The notes below the pieces were generated by a model that worked only from the letters and a program-made list of their open reading frames with translations, did no database searches and was not told where the DNA came from. The translations under genes were made by a program, and so were the position numbers. A stretch of 63,992 nt of DNA, counting the filler, from an uncultured bacterium (lineage in GTDB: Bacteria; Hinthialibacterota; Hinthialibacteria; Hinthialibacterales; Hinthialibacteraceae), in assembly GCA_964449065.1 (NCBI GenBank). It is 10 parts of 10 records of this genome, joined end to end, with 100 filler letters (N's around TTAATTAATTAA, not from the genome) between each part and the next. Parts side by side here need not be neighbours in the genome. Positions count along the whole stretch, not along the records: positions 60,378 to 63,992 come from CAYVAZ010000441.1; 9 more parts are not named here. One strand, 5' to 3'. Within the stretch, counting starts at the first letter, position 1. Each line of letters begins with the position of its first letter. Below are positions 60,632-63,992 of this stretch, in pieces.

Positions 60632-63034
60632 ATGGCAATCGAAAATGTAATAGGAAACGTAAATGCTCTCAACATCATCAGTGAGATTCGTAAAACAGAA
60701 AGCCGTCTGCAACAAAACATTGAACGCATCAGCACCGGGCTGCGAATCAACAGCGCGAAAGACAATTCCGGCTTATTTGTCCTCAGCCAAGAATTAGACA
60801 CGCAAATCCGCGGATTGGACCGCGCCTCCGAGAACATCCAACAAGGTGTCAACTTCGTCAACGTCGCCTTGGGCGGTGTAGATGACATTTTAGAAATTGT
60901 GCAAGATATCCGCACCAAAGCGCTGGAAGCGGCCAACTCAAGCGCCGGAGACACTTCACTTCGAACCACCCTGCAATCCGATATTCAAGAACGATTGGCG
61001 GAAATCGACAAACTGACCAGTACCATTGCCTTTAACAATCAGTCCCTTCTCAATGGCACATTTGCATCCGTCGTCGGCTTCAAACCCGGTACACGAAACT
61101 TTGGCGCCAATGTGGCCTTTGGACCGGATTCCACCAATTTAACGCAAAACGCATTTTTGAAGATCGGTCAAGTCGCCGAAGGATCGGCGCGATTGAAATC
61201 GGGATCGGATACAGGATTCAATACCGGGATTGCCCTGCAGACGGATGTGGCGGTTTCTACAGCTCAATTTGTGGACACAACCGGTCCAGCAGCCGCCACC
61301 ACAGCGACCGCTCTTGATTCCGGAAATATAACCATCAATAAAGTGTCTGTTGTCGCCACGGATGTCATTAGTTTTTCCGGCAATTTGGCGAATGGAAAAA
61401 CCTCGTTTGCCGGGTCGTTAACCATTGCGGCCGGATCCACCGTGCAAGATTTACTCAGCACCATCCAAACTTCGATTGATATCGCGGAAAACATTATTGG
61501 CATTGATTCCGGTGGCGGGACAAACGGATTAGAAACCAATGTGACCATTTCCAATCAAGGTCGTTTGAATTTTTTTAGCGGCGCCAGAGGAACCGCTTCT
61601 GAATTCGACATTAATTTTACGATTCAAAATGCCGCTGATGTGACCAGAACGTCGTTTGATGTGACCCGTGAACAAACGATATCAAACGATGAATTGGGGA
61701 ATACAACAACGGATGCGCGTATCGGCAATAGCACAACAGCCATTACGGGGTCAACATTTGAAGACGGTGAATTTACCATCGATGTATCGAGTTTGACGAC
61801 CGCGGCGAATCAAACGGTCGAGTCAAACAGCGCGTTTTTTGCCGACGCGGCCCAAACAACTCCGGTAGTTGCGGGCACCAACGTGAACGCTTCCTTTCTG
61901 GGAAGTATCAGCTTAGAAGACAATGATACCATTGAGATTAATGGAACGGACCCTGATGGTTCCACGTTTAGCACGGAATTCACGGTCGGCACCGACACCG
62001 GGGTTGGAGATGGAATTGTTGAGACATTTCAAAACGTTATTGATGAACTCAATAACCGTGACCGGAGTGATGTCAGCACCGGGTTTAACCAAGCAACGGC
62101 TACCTTGACTGCTTCGGGAACCATTCGAATCGTGGATGATGTCGCGCGTACTTCATCCACGGATTTGACGTTTACCGCGACGGAAAGCGCCAGCAGTACC
62201 GCCGTGACCGTGAACTCTACCATTACCGCCACCGGAACGGAAGAAAAAGCGAATTTCTCCATCAACGGTGGAGATACAATCACGGTCAATGCGGGCGAAG
62301 TCGTCACGCTGTTTGGTGATAAAGAACAATCCGTGACAGGAGTCGCGCCGCAAGTCACTCTTCGAGCCGGCCGCGGATTCACAACCGGATCGGATACGTT
62401 GGTGAATACTTCTGATGTATTTCAAGGTCAGCTAAATGGTGGCGGTGTTGTGAAATTCTCTAACGGCGATAAACAGGTCACTTTCTTCGGCAATCCAGCC
62501 ACGACCAGTTCGACCGAACAACAGCAGCGTGTCACGTTGGATTTTGACTCTGTCGTGGATATTACCACGCCATTTACGGATGGAGGGGATACCTTTGTCC
62601 TCTCTACCAATGCCCGAACCTTAAACTTCCAAATCGGTTCGGAAAGCAACGATGAGAAATTTTTTACGCTGACCGACTTGCGGCCTGAGAGTTTGGGCAG
62701 CAGCGCCGACGCCACCTTGGAGGATATTAATGTAACCACAATCAGCGGGGCATCGGCGGCGTTGGATATCTTGGATGACGCAATTGATCAAGTCACGCAA
62801 GTCAGCAGCCAGTTCGGCGCGTTTTCCGACCGGCTATCCGACCGCGCGAATAGTTTGGATTTTCTTTCGCTCAATTTAGAAAACGTGCGCAACCAAATCA
62901 TCAGCACCGATTTCGCCAAAGAAACCACGGAACTGACGCAAAATACCGTTCTTTTGGAAGCGCAAACTGCGGTGTTATTGCAAGCGAATTCCACATCACA
63001 AACCGTCTTCCAGTTGTTGATTGGCATTCAGTAA
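60632..63034 (+). CDS. fliC: Large divergent flagellin (about 800 aa)
   Basis: ERISTGLRINSAKD, FNNQSLLNG, LNFQIG, ISTDFAKE, QAN..Q.V.QL. Confidence 0.88.
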   Translation: MAIENVIGNVNALNIISEIRKTESRLQQNIERISTGLRINSAKDNSGLFVLSQELDTQIRGLDRASENIQQGVNFVNVALGGVDDILEIVQDIRTKALEAANSSAGDTSLRTTLQSDIQERLAEIDKLTSTIAFNNQSLLNGTFASVVGFKPGTRNFGANVAFGPDSTNLTQNAFLKIGQVAEGSARLKSGSDTGFNTGIALQTDVAVSTAQFVDTTGPAAATTATALDSGNITINKVSVVATDVISFSGNLANGKTSFAGSLTIAAGSTVQDLLSTIQTSIDIAENIIGIDSGGGTNGLETNVTISNQGRLNFFSGARGTASEFDINFTIQNAADVTRTSFDVTREQTISNDELGNTTTDARIGNSTTAITGSTFEDGEFTIDVSSLTTAANQTVESNSAFFADAAQTTPVVAGTNVNASFLGSISLEDNDTIEINGTDPDGSTFSTEFTVGTDTGVGDGIVETFQNVIDELNNRDRSDVSTGFNQATATLTASGTIRIVDDVARTSSTDLTFTATESASSTAVTVNSTITATGTEEKANFSINGGDTITVNAGEVVTLFGDKEQSVTGVAPQVTLRAGRGFTTGSDTLVNTSDVFQGQLNGGGVVKFSNGDKQVTFFGNPATTSSTEQQQRVTLDFDSVVDITTPFTDGGDTFVLSTNARTLNFQIGSESNDEKFFTLTDLRPESLGSSADATLEDINVTTISGASAALDILDDAIDQVTQVSSQFGAFSDRLSDRANSLDFLSLNLENVRNQIISTDFAKETTELTQNTVLLEAQTAVLLQANSTSQTVFQLLIGIQ

Positions 63035-63227
63035 ACTTGGCTCCATTTGCTTGTGAAAGAGCAAATTTCATTATCATCTTCCCAAATGGATTTGGGAAAA
63101 TCGACTCGGAGTGGCTCTCCAAGTCGAGCCTTACAAGGGATTGGTCATGCGATGTATACCCGGGATACTATCTCGGGTTTTATTTTGTCTTGAAGTTTCA
63201 AAAAAAAGAACACAAAAAAAGAAGTTG

Positions 63228-63256
63228 TTGCGCACTTGCGTTCCCGCCTTTATACT
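63228..63256 (+). promoter_or_regulatory. sigma70-type promoter of the second flagellin
   Basis: TTGCGC-N17-TATACT. Confidence 0.55.
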
Positions 63257-63292
63257 ATGGGAAATACATTCAAATCATATAGGTGATCACCT

Positions 63293-63992
63293 ATGGCGAT
63301 TGGCGGAATCGACAATAATGTTACCTCTCAGATTCAACGCAATTTTACGAACTTAATCACGCGAAATCTGAAAGCGGCTACCCAAGAACTTTCTACCGGT
63401 CTGCGTATCAATCAAGCGGCCGATGATGCCGCCGGTCTGCAAAACGCCAACCGCCTGATCGCTCAAATCGAAGGCATCAACACTGCGATCGATAACTCGC
63501 AAAGCGGAATCCATTTAGCCAATACGGCCGATCAAGGATTGGAAAGCATCACGGACTTACTCGGCCGTATTCGGGAACTGTCTATTCAGGCCGGCAACGG
63601 TACCTTGGATCAAGACGGTCTTACATCTATTCAAAACGAAATCAATCAAAACATTGCCGAAATCGACCGGATCGCCACATCAACTTCTTTTGGAAGAAAT
63701 CAACTCTTAAATGGTGATTTGTCTTCTACATCAGAAAGTGGTGGAGAAGATGCGTCCATCCAAACTGGAGCGAATCCAGGCGAGAGTATTTCGTTGAACT
63801 TTGGCAATGTACGCTCCCAGTCATTAGGGTTGGGAGAAGGGTTGACCGTGGAGGCTATTGACATCACCCAACCCAATGGAGTGTCGCAAGCGATTCAGAT
63901 TGTCGATGCCGCTATCGGACAAGTTGGCGGCATTCGCGCGGAAATTGGCGCGGGGATCAACCGCTTAACTTCTACCATCAACAGTTTGTCTG
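63293..63992 (+). CDS. fliC: Short flagellin (3' partial; not in ORF track)
   Basis: AGGTGA SD; LSTGLRINQAADDAAGL, LGRIRELSIQAGNGT, IQTGAN, IRAEIGAGINRL. Confidence 0.93.
   Translation, partial: MAIGGIDNNVTSQIQRNFTNLITRNLKAATQELSTGLRINQAADDAAGLQNANRLIAQIEGINTAIDNSQSGIHLANTADQGLESITDLLGRIRELSIQAGNGTLDQDGLTSIQNEINQNIAEIDRIATSTSFGRNQLLNGDLSSTSESGGEDASIQTGANPGESISLNFGNVRSQSLGLGEGLTVEAIDITQPNGVSQAIQIVDAAIGQVGGIRAEIGAGINRLTSTINSLS

Overview
The window is not one locus. It is 10 unrelated contigs of about 6.5-6.7 kb, sorted by decreasing length and joined by 100-nt N/TTAATTAATTAA/N linkers at 6691, 13465, 20239, 26989, 33736, 40387, 47033, 53667 and 60278. There is also one plain 100-N gap at 12245-12344. 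This layout is typical of a fragmented metagenome-assembled genome (MAG). Nine contigs look like one moderate-GC, flagellated diderm bacterium; the protein style (Pro/Thr linkers, expanded pseudopilin type, C-terminal W-motif) tentatively suggests a Hinthialibacterota/OLB16- or Sumerlaeota-like lineage. Their content includes hinT, pilD, an LpxD-like gene, sahR-metK-ahcY, TPP riboswitch-thiC, TA modules, msrA, prolyl oligopeptidase, a TagA fusion, gdhA, a 1.9-kaa NHL/subtilase, ltaE, HtrA, rlpA, miaB, valS and two flagellins. Contig 33836-40386 is visibly more GC-rich and carries a Tn4371-like alphaproteobacterial ICE segment, so it may be binning contamination. The most interesting signals are: (1) a bacterial temptin-like domain with a CxxCH haem motif; (2) a short C-terminal Trp motif that may be a secretion/sorting signal; (3) four unrelated or unknown proteins ending in a basic-(G/R)M(V/A)-basic tail; (4) a consensus sigma28 promoter driving a giant protease whose S8 module is inserted inside an Ig domain; (5) a sigma28-driven structured RNA next to atypical flagellins; (6) a modular 'shell-and-core' MITE/REP repeat system. 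All family assignments come from motif recognition by eye; no searches were run.
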